A DNA stretch of 43,124 bases from an uncultured bacterium (GTDB taxonomy: Bacteria > JAJVIF01 > JAGGVT01). The notes beneath the pieces are model-generated. The model saw only the letters and a list, made by a program, of their open reading frames with translations. It was not told the DNA's origin and made no database searches. Each line of letters begins with the position of its first letter. Positions within the stretch are counted from its first letter, which is position 1. The translations under genes and the position numbers were made by a program. Positions 1-9,434 of the stretch are shown here, piece after piece. The stretch is from the NCBI GenBank assembly GCA_965369605.1, contig CBDURE010000013.1, positions 1-43,124 on the forward strand, in the 5' to 3' direction.

Positions 1-7
1 AATATTT

Positions 8-25
8 CCCCCCGCTCGCGGGGGG
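8..25. repeat. GC-rich perfect palindrome ccccccg-ctcg-cgggggg (stem-loop), probably terminator/REP-like for an upstream gene
   Basis: Read directly: ccccccgctcgcgggggg, 7-bp G/C stem. Confidence 0.5.
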
Positions 26-57
26 ATTAAGGGGGGGATGAGATATAACAACAACAC

Positions 58-89
58 TTTCCCGACATGCTCTTACGTTCGGGGCTCGG
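58..89. repeat. Left copy of 32-bp inverted repeat (tttcccgacatgctcttacgttcggggctcgg); partner at 7978-8009
   Basis: Reverse complement matches 7978-8009 with one mismatch (a/t); the pair brackets the three-gene lipoprotein array. Confidence 0.8.
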
Positions 90-311
90 TTTTCAAAAGC
101 AATCCCCAAAATAAATCTTTACAATTAAACGTGGTTTCGTAGTAACCCCAAAAGCGTTTTTCAGGATCAACGGATTATACGGTTGAAATAACCAGCTTAG
201 TTCAGTATAATTCGTTTTCCTAAAAGGGTTGTTTATCAGCAACATATCACTGCTTCAGAGCTTATTAAATAGCAACCATAACTCATTGTAATTTTCCACA
301 GGTGAATCAGT

Positions 312-3020
312 ATGCCTGAAAAACGGCTATCTTTATTTATTTGTTTTTTTACTGCTTGTTTGATTTTTTCCGGCTGTTCAGGGAGCAATATCTCAACCGC
401 TCCCGGAGTTACAGCCTTTGATTCAACCGATTTAGCGCTGGATGGAGTTTCTGATTTTGATGCAAACGGAAAACCGCTGGCAGGATGCGGATCGCTTGGG
501 TTGTTTGAAATCCACGTGAATGTAGAAACACTGGAGGGGGAAATAACTCCTTTTCGCACAACGGCATCCGCTGATGTTCTTGAGATTGTTGATATAACGA
601 ATTTCCTTCAGGTCGCGCCATGTACCGAGTGTGTGAAACTGCGGTCTATTGCATTGGATTCGGATGAGAATCTGGTGCTTTCAATTGGTATCAAGCATCC
701 ATTCGGTGCAGGTGATGCGGGAGAGCTTATTTCAGGCAGGAATCGCGCTGATTTGCATGTGTTCAATGTCGAGGGGACAATTCTCGCATCGACAGCTAAT
801 GTGGATATTTTTGGCGGATTGAATCAGGGAGTTGGTTCGTTTACGCTGGTCAACGCTGACGGATTAAGCTCATATCTGAATATTCCTCTTCTTCCATTTA
901 CGCTTAATTCGATTCATCCGTACAAGCTTCATTTTGATGACTACTCATCCGGCAATTTTGATGCGAATAATCCAATGGGATTTCAGAGCGTGACAAATCC
1001 CCCGCCGAGCGGAAATCTGGTAATGGCGATGGGGTGCGATTATGACTTTCAGGATTATGTGTTGGATATTGCACCCGGGGATACTTTTGGATTTATATAC
1101 GCGGTTGGATGCACATACGCTGTAAGTACGGCAAGCAGGGATGACAGGTTCAATCCGGAATATCGAATCCCGCAGCATTTGAAAAAAGCGGCTGCGAAAG
1201 TCGTTGTCAGGATTGTGGATAACCAGCTTGAAGCGGGGAATGTATCCAGCGCAGTTGAAATTGAGATAGATATTGTTGACATGAATCATGGTGTCGCGGT
1301 TGGGGATGCGCTTGATGAGATGTTTGCCGACAGTTCTGTCGAATCAATAAAACTGGAAATTCCCGGAATTACAACCAATATCGTGGATGTCGCGCTGGCT
1401 AATATCGGTGGTACGGGGCATAGCGAGCCTGACCCTCTGACTTACGCGGTTACAATCCTGAATGATGCGGCAGGCGGTGAGGGAATATACACAGGGCTTG
1501 TAAAAGTGCGGGATTCGTATGCGCAGGGGTTGAATATATCACCATTATTGGACTCGATGGACGGTATTCAGCGAGTGGAGCCGATTAAGAGTCCGCTTGA
1601 GGGTTTGTTTCCGATATCTGAATTTGCGACCTACCAGAAATTTCAGGTTGAGGTTGTCGGTCATGGCAATGAAATACCGGTAGCGACCCTCCAATCTGAG
1701 CCTGACCCGGTTGTAATAGAAGAGGGTAATTTTGTTACTTTCGATGGCTCCTCATCGTATGATACAGATGGAACAATCACGCTTTATGAATTCGATTATG
1801 ACTGGGATGGCATTGAAGAAAATTTTTCGGCTGATGAGTCCAATATTACTGGAATTGTGATTTCACCCCCCTATATGACCAATGGCAACTACACGGCGGC
1901 TTTGCGTGTTAGCGACGATTATGATCCCAGCGCTGTCGATTATGCAATTGTGCAGGTTACCGTAAATGAATGGGCTGGATGTCCTGATGCTCCCTATGCC
2001 GGGAATATTTTCAACGGGGGATTTACTTTCAGTGCATATCAGGATCATTATGAATTCCTTTTATGGGATGACTTTGCTGATCAGATTATTGACGCGGATA
2101 TATTATCATCAGGCAATGGTGTGGTTATCTATTCGGATAGAACGAGATTCGATGGCGAAATGCGCATTTTTGATCCTGGTTCCGCAACATTTACACCTGT
2201 GGGCGATGATTATCCGGGTGCAATAGGAGTCAGCATTGATATTGATTCCACAGACCTGGTTGTGTTTGTGACATCCACACTATCGCAGGTTATCAATAAC
2301 GCGGGGGATATTCCGCTTGTGAATCGAATTGCAGCATCAAACGATTATTTCACAGTGGTTGACCCGTTTGAAGGAGAGTCAAGTGAACAGATTGTAAATG
2401 TGGGCACAACAATCCAGGCAATAGATATCGACGCTTACGATGATATCTGGGTGCTTGATACGGACAATGTCATGCACAGGTATGATAAAACAAACGGTTA
2501 TACAGAGAGCATGGCAAGACAGTTCGACCTTGACAGTGCGACATCAGGCACGTTTAACGGGTTTGTTTTCGATTTCGTAATTAATTTCCATAACGAGGCT
2601 TTTTTTATATTAACCAATGAAACCGGAAAAGGCGTGTTGTGGCGTTTTGAATGTGACGGCACTTACAATCAGTTGATAAATGGCAATTCTAATCCTTTGG
2701 TTGATGTTTTGGAATATGCCACGGAAAATGATGTGGCTGATATTGGAATCGATAATCTCAATATTGGCGGTAATGTTCTTGATGGCGCGCAGGATTCGCA
2801 GATTGTTGTGGTGGGAGGCTGTCTCTCAACATACTGGTTAACGATGATTAGCAGGATTGACTCCGAATTAAACCAGCATTTTACTTCAGCCATCAGTATG
2901 GGGGACGGGCTGACAAATGTATTCTTCAATCAACGCACTAATATTCTCTGGGGCTGGCAAAGTCACGAGTACAGCGATTCGTTCACAGAAGAATGGCATC
3001 CGCCATCTGATTGGGATTAG
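312..3020 (+). CDS. Large secreted lipoprotein (902 aa), founding member of a paralogous family; C-terminal region with beta-propeller-like YDDIWVLD/NHL-like repeats; function unknown
   Basis: Signal peptide plus lipobox LIFSG-C at N-terminus; RBS aggtga upstream; TAG stop; strong paralogy with 3117-5873 and partial with 6028-7923 and 8136-8543. Confidence 0.75.
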   Translation: MPEKRLSLFICFFTACLIFSGCSGSNISTAPGVTAFDSTDLALDGVSDFDANGKPLAGCGSLGLFEIHVNVETLEGEITPFRTTASADVLEIVDITNFLQVAPCTECVKLRSIALDSDENLVLSIGIKHPFGAGDAGELISGRNRADLHVFNVEGTILASTANVDIFGGLNQGVGSFTLVNADGLSSYLNIPLLPFTLNSIHPYKLHFDDYSSGNFDANNPMGFQSVTNPPPSGNLVMAMGCDYDFQDYVLDIAPGDTFGFIYAVGCTYAVSTASRDDRFNPEYRIPQHLKKAAAKVVVRIVDNQLEAGNVSSAVEIEIDIVDMNHGVAVGDALDEMFADSSVESIKLEIPGITTNIVDVALANIGGTGHSEPDPLTYAVTILNDAAGGEGIYTGLVKVRDSYAQGLNISPLLDSMDGIQRVEPIKSPLEGLFPISEFATYQKFQVEVVGHGNEIPVATLQSEPDPVVIEEGNFVTFDGSSSYDTDGTITLYEFDYDWDGIEENFSADESNITGIVISPPYMTNGNYTAALRVSDDYDPSAVDYAIVQVTVNEWAGCPDAPYAGNIFNGGFTFSAYQDHYEFLLWDDFADQIIDADILSSGNGVVIYSDRTRFDGEMRIFDPGSATFTPVGDDYPGAIGVSIDIDSTDLVVFVTSTLSQVINNAGDIPLVNRIAASNDYFTVVDPFEGESSEQIVNVGTTIQAIDIDAYDDIWVLDTDNVMHRYDKTNGYTESMARQFDLDSATSGTFNGFVFDFVINFHNEAFFILTNETGKGVLWRFECDGTYNQLINGNSNPLVDVLEYATENDVADIGIDNLNIGGNVLDGAQDSQIVVVGGCLSTYWLTMISRIDSELNQHFTSAISMGDGLTNVFFNQRTNILWGWQSHEYSDSFTEEWHPPSDWD

Positions 3021-3116
3021 ATAATATTAAATTGACTAAATATAAGGAATGATGTTTCTTATAACCTATATTAGTTGAACCTATTTAACAATTCAGGTTA
3101 GGGTGGTTGTACTATC

Positions 3117-5873
3117 ATGTGTAATTCACGATTTTGTTTTACATTGCTTGTGATTATCAGTTTGATACTTGTCATTGGCTGTTCAGGGGGGAGCAATCCT
3201 GTTGCTCCTATTGGAGCGCTGGATTCTCAGTCAGTAAGTTACAATTCATTTCCTGTTGGAGTGTCTGATTTGGATGCCGATGGGAATCCGCTGGCAGGAT
3301 ACGGGGCGCTGGGGTTGTTTGAAATACATCTGGATTGCGAATCGCTTACTGGTGATATCCAATCGCTGAGGAAAGCATCGCTGCCGGATGTCCTTGAGGT
3401 GGTTGATATCACGAATTTTCTTCAGGTTGCACCATGTACCGATTGTGCGAGAATCGGCGCGATTTCAGCGGATACCGATGGCAACATAGTTTTATCCATG
3501 GGAATAAAGCATCCGTTTGATGCCGGGAATCCGATGGAACCGATAAGCGGGAAAAATCGCGGCGACCTTCATATATTTAATGTCGAGGGATTGGTTGTAG
3601 TTGACAGCGATGTAACAGTGGATTTTGCGGGAATCAAGGAGCAGGTTGCTGATTTCGATATGATAAACGCGGATGGCTATTCGCCGTATCTGGATGATGC
3701 GCTGGATGGCATCTATCCAACAACCGCGACCATTCATCCGTATAAACTACATTTCGATGATTACTCAGCGGGTAATTTTGATGGCGGCAATCTGATGGGA
3801 TTTGAAAGCGTAACCGACCCGCCGCCGAGTGGGAATCTGGTTATGGCGATGGGATGCGATTATGATTATCAGGACTATATATTCAATCTCGCATCCGGCG
3901 AAACAATCAGATTTATGTTTGCGATTGGGTGCACTTACGCGGTAAGCGCAGATTCGAAATCGCAAAGATTCATGCCTGAATATCGCGTTCCGCAGCATCT
4001 GAAAAAAGCGGCGTGTGAAGTCGCTGTGCGAATTGTTGATAATCAGTTTGAGCCGGGGAATCCATTGAGCACTGCTGATCTGGCAATAGATGTCGTGGAT
4101 GTAAATCACGGTGTCGCGGCTGGCGATGCGCTTAACGAAATGGCTCATGACAGTTCAGTTAGCGGGATTTCGATTGAGATTCCGGGCGTTTTATTCGGCG
4201 TTACCGATGTAACGCTCACAAATACCGGCGGAACAGGTCATGATTCGACTGATCCGCTGACTTATGAAATCACAATCCAGAACGAGGCAGCAGCCGCCGG
4301 GAGCGGATACAGGGGACTTGTCAAGGTTCTTGACGCATATCCGTCCGGCTCGAATACCTTTTTGCCGCTGGGGGATTCCGATGGCATTGAGCGAGTCGAG
4401 CCAAATCAGAATCCGCTGGATGGGCTGTTCGCGATAGATGAATTTGCGACTTACCAGGTATTTTATATTGACGCGAGCGGGCTTTTCAATAATCCGCCGG
4501 TTGCCGACCTTCAGCCCGACCCGATTATTATTCATCAGGGCAATTCGGTTAATTTCGATGGCTCCGCATCGTATGATACTGACGGAACAATTATGCTTTA
4601 TGAATTCGATTTTGACTGAGATGGAATAGAAATCAATTTCGAAGCTGATGACATGAACGGGCATGGTACGCTACTTTCAGATCCCTACGATATTGTGGGA
4701 GATTTCACAGCGGGACTTCGAGTTACCGATGACCAGCTGGCTGTTGGCTATGATTCAGTTCCGGTTACAGTAAATGAACCTTCATCGTGTCCTGATGCGC
4801 CATACGCGGGATACACAATAACGCAGGATTTTATTGACAGCGACGGTGACTTTTTCCATTTCCAGATGATGACCGGATGGCACTGGAAAGCAGGCGTGAT
4901 CTTCGATTCCGATTTCCTTTCCAGCGGTGATGGCATTTGCATCTACTCGCAGGAAGTGGAAGAGGACGGCACATTCGGCGGTGAGTTGAGATACTATGAT
5001 CCGATGGGTGATGAGGGCTGGGGATTCACGGCGGTTGGACCTGACTATCCCGGCGAGCAGGGAGTTTGTGTCGATGTTGACAGCACGGATTTAGTTGCGT
5101 TTGTAACGCTTGGAGACAATTTCTATGAGGCGTTTGGTCCGCCGAGTGAATGGACTCTCAGTGATTATATTAACGAGAGCAATGATTATTTCACGGTTGT
5201 GGATCCTTATGTTGGGCAATCATCTGAAGTGGTTGTCAATGTTGGGACACGAATCAGGGCGATTGATATCGATGGCTATGATGATATCTGGGTGCTTGAT
5301 ATCGACAATGTAATGCACAGGTATGTGAAAGGTACATCTCCTTTGAGTTACACGGAGGATGTTACTCGTCAGTTTGACCTTGATATTGCCACAGGCGGAC
5401 TGTTCACCGGACAGGTTTATGAATTCGTGATTAATTTCCACAATGAGGCTTTCTTCATTCTCACTGATAATACTGCTAAATGTGATTTGTGGCGGTTTGA
5501 ATGTGATGGTGTTTATTACTCCAATATCAATGGCAACGCAAACCCGATGATAGAAGTGCTTGCTGAGGATTGCACCGGAAATGCGGATATAGTCATCGAC
5601 AATCTTGACGCCAGTGGAAATCACCTGACTGGCGCGCAGGATTCACAGATTGTAGTTGTCAGCGGATACAATCCAAGCAACAACTGGCATACGATTATGT
5701 CTCGCGTTGATTCAGAGCTTGACCAGAAACTAACGCATGATGAAAACTGGGATGCGAGCGGAATCCAGACAGCGTATATCGACCAGAGAACCAACGAACT
5801 CTGGGGCTGGCATCGCTCAAACTCTTCTGATTCATGGGCGGAGCGATGGACAGCGCCGTCACAATGGGAGTAA
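3117..5873 (+). pseudogene. Paralog of 312-3020 lipoprotein interrupted by one in-frame TGA (4617-4619) where the paralog has TGG (Trp); otherwise intact in a single frame
   Basis: ORFs 3117-4619 and 4653-5873 are in the same frame; DFD*DG here aligns to DYDWDG of the 312-3020 protein; lipobox VIG-C; could alternatively be a sequencing error. Confidence 0.65.
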
Positions 5874-5917
5874 GAGGAATTTAGCGGGGGCAGGTTTAAA
5901 AAAAAGGAAATACTCAC

Positions 5918-5950
5918 AATAGCAGAGGGTTTTAACCCTCTGCTATTTTT
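5918..5950 (+). terminator. Rho-independent terminator after the second lipoprotein gene
   Basis: aatagcagaggg-tttta-accctctgctatt followed by ttttt. Confidence 0.7.
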
Positions 5951-6027
5951 GCGTATTAGTAATATAAATATCTGTTTGATATAATATCCTTACGTTCTTC
6001 ACAAATCATATATGGAGCGTGTTTGAC

Positions 6028-7923
6028 ATGCGCTGTTCAATATTGCTTTTATCTCTAATTATCTTTTTACTGTGTTTTGCGGGATGTTCGAGTTCATCAA
6101 AGAATCCGGCGCAGCCTGAAAGCCCAATGCTGCCCCAGGCTGGAGTTTCGGACGATGGCACCGCGCTTTTGTATCAGGGCACTTTCGAGATTGACCTTGA
6201 AACTCAAACAATAACGCAGTATGAAAACAGGGAAGCGTCCACCATTTATGATATAACGGGATTCCTGCCGGATAAGTGTCCGGGCGGATGTTTCCGATTT
6301 GCAATTGTTGGGGTTGTCGGCAATGTTTTGGAAATTGAACTAACGCTTGAAAACCCGCTTGCGATACAGGCTTACGATGCGAGAGTTCAATATCTTGATT
6401 TGTTCGGCAAGACGGTTTTAAATTCTGACAGTTATACTGACTTTCTTGGGACGCCAATAACCAAAGTTTATCCATTTACAGCGTTTGTAAAAGAGAATCC
6501 AGATAGAGCGTTTCCGGTAGGTCCGGGTGGAATTGACACCGAAACGATGTATCTGGATTTTCCTCCGGGCGCGCCATCCGCGGTTAATTACGCGGTAACA
6601 GCGCATCTTCCGGGGAATACGCCTGAGCCGTATGAGATAAGTGAAATGGCTCAGGCCGGCACGCTGACCGCAACGGGCGGAAGCGCGATTATCAGTTGCC
6701 TTGTGGATGACCATCAGGATAATATTTCCGGCGTTTACCTGGATGCGACGCCTTTCACAGGCGCGCCTGTATCGTTTGTTTTCAATGACCCGTTATGGGA
6801 AGTTGAAATCTCCAATACAGCTGGAGCATCCGAGGGATCATATTACCAACTGATTATGGCTTTAAGCCCAAACGGGCAGAATGTCAGCACTTATAATTAC
6901 GTGGAAATCACAGTGGATGACAGTGTTCAGTGGAAGAATATCCGGTTGAGAACAGATTCCGCAGCGAAAGATCTCGCGGTTAATCCTGATGGCAGTTTGT
7001 TGATTCTGTATGATGACGCTCAGGTGTGGAAATATAATGAAGGCGACTATTTTGGCCATGCTGCTGCTGATTACCTGTTTACGGCTGAAGTTAAACAATG
7101 GTCGGAGCTGACTCCACCGCCATCGCCGGTACTCGCAAATGCGTTTATTGATGTTTCCGATTCAGGGGATATTATGGCATCTAATGCTGATGGTTCAATA
7201 TGCGAATATCCTGTAGGTTATTATCCGACTCAGAGCTATGATTCTTTGGGAAATTTTCATGGAGAGAGTGGAGCGCATTGCACCGGTGGGCCGATTATTG
7301 ATGTGTTTTGCTTCAAATCCGGATCAGGCGGCTATAACCTTGACCACGTTATGCTCGCGCCGGGGAACAGTGGGGATCAGAGTAACATGTATCGCCAGTC
7401 GCATTATGGCTGGGGATGGATTCAGCAATACGGGCAGGAATGCCACGGCTCAGGTTATGACAAAATACGAAACATTGACGTTGCCGGCGTTGAATCTGCC
7501 AGTGTGAATGAATTCTGGGCTTTGGAGGATTCTCCTGATTATTACGGAGCCTTGTTTATTCAGGATGATTTTTTCTATTACCATTATGCAGATGCATATT
7601 TTGGCACAGGCTCTCAAACTGAGGATGATTCCTGCTGGTACAACGCAATCGATTTAACCGCCGATGAAGATGGCAATCTGTATGTTCTTGATCAGCTTAT
7701 TGACAACAGCGGTCGGGTTAAGGGATTCACCGGGGATGTGTCCGGGGGAACATCGCTTGGGCATTTCGATGTGCCGTCCCAAATAAACTCAACACCGTTA
7801 AGGATTGAAAGCAGTGATGTATCAGGAGTGAACGGTAATCTTGTTTTCATCCTGCATGGTGATTTCGCCACCGATGGCTGTTTTCTTAGTGTCTTTTTAC
7901 CTGCTGATATACCGTGGTCGTGA
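6028..7923 (+). CDS. Secreted lipoprotein, distant paralog of the 312/3117 family (shared N-terminal DIT.FL...C..C module, C-terminal beta-propeller-like repeats)
   Basis: Lipobox CFAG-CSSSS; ggag RBS 12 nt before ATG at 6028 (ORF track starts at GTG 6019); TGA stop. Confidence 0.7.
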   Translation: MRCSILLLSLIIFLLCFAGCSSSSKNPAQPESPMLPQAGVSDDGTALLYQGTFEIDLETQTITQYENREASTIYDITGFLPDKCPGGCFRFAIVGVVGNVLEIELTLENPLAIQAYDARVQYLDLFGKTVLNSDSYTDFLGTPITKVYPFTAFVKENPDRAFPVGPGGIDTETMYLDFPPGAPSAVNYAVTAHLPGNTPEPYEISEMAQAGTLTATGGSAIISCLVDDHQDNISGVYLDATPFTGAPVSFVFNDPLWEVEISNTAGASEGSYYQLIMALSPNGQNVSTYNYVEITVDDSVQWKNIRLRTDSAAKDLAVNPDGSLLILYDDAQVWKYNEGDYFGHAAADYLFTAEVKQWSELTPPPSPVLANAFIDVSDSGDIMASNADGSICEYPVGYYPTQSYDSLGNFHGESGAHCTGGPIIDVFCFKSGSGGYNLDHVMLAPGNSGDQSNMYRQSHYGWGWIQQYGQECHGSGYDKIRNIDVAGVESASVNEFWALEDSPDYYGALFIQDDFFYYHYADAYFGTGSQTEDDSCWYNAIDLTADEDGNLYVLDQLIDNSGRVKGFTGDVSGGTSLGHFDVPSQINSTPLRIESSDVSGVNGNLVFILHGDFATDGCFLSVFLPADIPWS

Positions 7924-7977
7924 ATTGATGGGAACGCTTTGATTGCACAACTGTTATAATAGTTAAACTTGATGCAT

Positions 7978-8009
7978 CCGAGCCCCGAACGTAAGAGCTT
8001 GTCGGGAAA
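7978..8009. repeat. Right copy of the 32-bp inverted repeat (partner 58-89)
   Basis: ccgagccccgaacgtaagagcttgtcgggaaa = reverse complement of 58-89 with 1 mismatch. Confidence 0.8.
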
Positions 8010-8031
8010 GGCAAGTAGAACCAGAAACATT

Positions 8032-8079
8032 GTCATTCCGACCATCCTCCTTGCTTCGCTCGTCGGATGTCGGAATGAC
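8032..8079. repeat. REP-like hairpin gtcattccgac...gtcggaatgac (family also at 19103-19138, 27409-27492, 30781-30980, 42791-42810, 42934-42958)
   Basis: 11-bp inverted arms read directly; same core gtcattcc/ggaatgac recurs in at least 5 other intergenic sites. Confidence 0.7.
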
Positions 8080-8135
8080 GTTTTTCTTGTTCTTCTGATC
8101 TTTCCCGGCTTGATGGTTCATCCGGGAATGTTGGT

Positions 8136-8543
8136 TTGGTAAATGCGGATGGCTATTCCGCATATCTTGACGATGTCCTTGATGAAATATATCCAACTGA
8201 TGCGACAGTGCATCCCTACATTTTGCATTTTGATGATTATTCAGTTGGCAATTATGATGTGTCAAATCCGATGGGATTTGAAAGTGTAACCAACCCGCCG
8301 CCGAGCGGTAATCTTGTAATGGCGATGGGATGCGATTATGACGTGCAGGATTATAAATTCAACATGGACAGCATTACGGATATCCGCGCAATGCCTGAAG
8401 TTGAAATCCCAGCCTGTCTTGGCGCTGGTCGCAGGTTCGCGCATAACCATGTCGATTTCAACGGCGATATGCATGTGGTTTACGAGGATGGCACACTGGG
8501 ACGATGGACGAATCTTGAGATTGGGTATGTGAAATATTATTAG
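8136..8543 (+). pseudogene. Truncated fragment of the lipoprotein family (only the central ~75 aa, ADGYS.YLDD...HFDDYS.GN.D..NPMGF.SVT.PPPSGNLVMAMGCDYD.QDY, is homologous), lying just outside the right inverted repeat
   Basis: About 80% nucleotide identity over about 230 bp to 3660-3890; no N-terminal signal or lipobox, 3' part unrelated. Confidence 0.6.
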
Positions 8544-8583
8544 GACGGTTGCGGTAAATTCATTCCGAGACAAGATAGACAAT

Positions 8584-8612
8584 GGACAGTTCATTGCGGA
8601 CTGTTCTTTTTT
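8584..8612 (+). terminator. Possible weak intrinsic terminator (7-bp stem, 9-nt loop, T7 run)
   Basis: ggacagt-tcattgcgg-actgttc-ttttttt. Confidence 0.35.
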
Positions 8613-9311
8613 TCAATAATCGCGCATCCAGTATGGATTGAGCATTCTGTGTATGGTGAATGTTTCGAGGGTATCCGGGATTTTCACCTTGCCAATCATG
8701 TCATCCGTTGCCATGACTCCGATGAAATCTATTCCTTCGTTTTTGGAAATCTCATAGGCGATTTTAATGCCGTTTTCAATCATGGATGGTGCTGTCTCGT
8801 CGAGCATGTGTGTGTTTGAAATAAGCCCGGTAACTTTCAATCCGCTGACCGATTCAACTCGCCTGAGTTCCCGAGTGCATTGTTCAGTATTGGCGTTGAA
8901 TGGCCTTGACGCGTTCAGGATATAAAAGAGATTATGTTTTCGCCCATGAAGATTTTTACTGATGCTTGCGAGAATTCTGGCACCGACAGCATCCCCGCCG
9001 ACATCGACAACCATCCAGTTGTCCGGATCGCTGATTATTCCATACATCGCGGAGGAAATTGAGGGCATGTCGCTGTGCGGTACGGATGAGATTACAACAT
9101 TGATGCCCTCATTTTTCAGCGCTTCGGCTGCCTCCTGGCTTCGGAAAAGCGGTTTGATTGTGTCTAAATCAACCAGTGTTACAGGCGTTTTTCCGCTGGC
9201 GTTAAGGCGTCGCGACCACGTGATTGCGAATTCACTTTTACCTGAGCCGTGCCCTCCGATTAGGATAGTCAGGCCTGTTTGGAAGGATTTTATGTATGCG
9301 TTTGGTGGCAA
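8613..9311 (-). CDS. P-loop NTPase of unknown family (232 aa), probably co-transcribed with the YchF-like gene
   Basis: Walker A GGHGSGKS near N-terminus followed by hydrophobic-D (LVDLD) Walker B-like strand; no further family assignment possible by eye. Confidence 0.5.
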   Translation of the reverse strand: MPPNAYIKSFQTGLTILIGGHGSGKSEFAITWSRRLNASGKTPVTLVDLDTIKPLFRSQEAAEALKNEGINVVISSVPHSDMPSISSAMYGIISDPDNWMVVDVGGDAVGARILASISKNLHGRKHNLFYILNASRPFNANTEQCTRELRRVESVSGLKVTGLISNTHMLDETAPSMIENGIKIAYEISKNEGIDFIGVMATDDMIGKVKIPDTLETFTIHRMLNPYWMRDY

Positions 9312-9328
9312 TTGAGTTCCTTTTTTTC

Positions 9329-9425
9329 CTGGGAGCGCTGGAATCCTTCCGGCGCATCAAGGCGTTCACGCCTTTAGGAGGGCGCTTTCGCGCCCATGCG
9401 CCGGAAAAATTCCGGCGCTCCCAGG
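9329..9425. repeat. Large imperfect palindrome (about 35-bp arms, about 25-nt spacer) between the two minus-strand NTPase genes
   Basis: cctgggagcgctggaatccttccggcgcatcaaggcg ... cgcccatgcgccggaaaaattccggcgctcccagg; each arm also internally palindromic (ccggaa/ttccgg). Confidence 0.6.
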
Positions 9426-9434
9426 AGGATAGTT

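Noticed and set aside
945-1289. Numerous 60-150-aa antisense or overlapping ORFs inside large genes (e.g. 945-1289, 3765-4148, 14007-14321, 26223-26498, 32086-32403)
   Set aside because: They lie entirely within and antisense to well-supported conserved genes, have no RBS, and often mirror the codon structure of the real gene, so they are treated as spurious.
4617-4619. In-frame TGA as selenocysteine or as Trp under an alternative genetic code
   Set aside because: The aligned paralog has a plain TGG Trp codon and no SECIS-like hairpin follows. TGA also functions as a normal stop throughout the window, for example the overlapping TGATG stop/start at 14374-14378 and the stop after the TolC-like and PutA-like genes. 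A nonsense mutation or sequencing error is more parsimonious.
58-8009. The 32-bp inverted repeats as ends of a composite transposon
   Set aside because: There is no transposase or integrase inside or adjacent within the window, and the enclosed genes are paralogous lipoproteins. Invertible-segment or REP explanations fit better, although a recombinase upstream of position 1 cannot be excluded.
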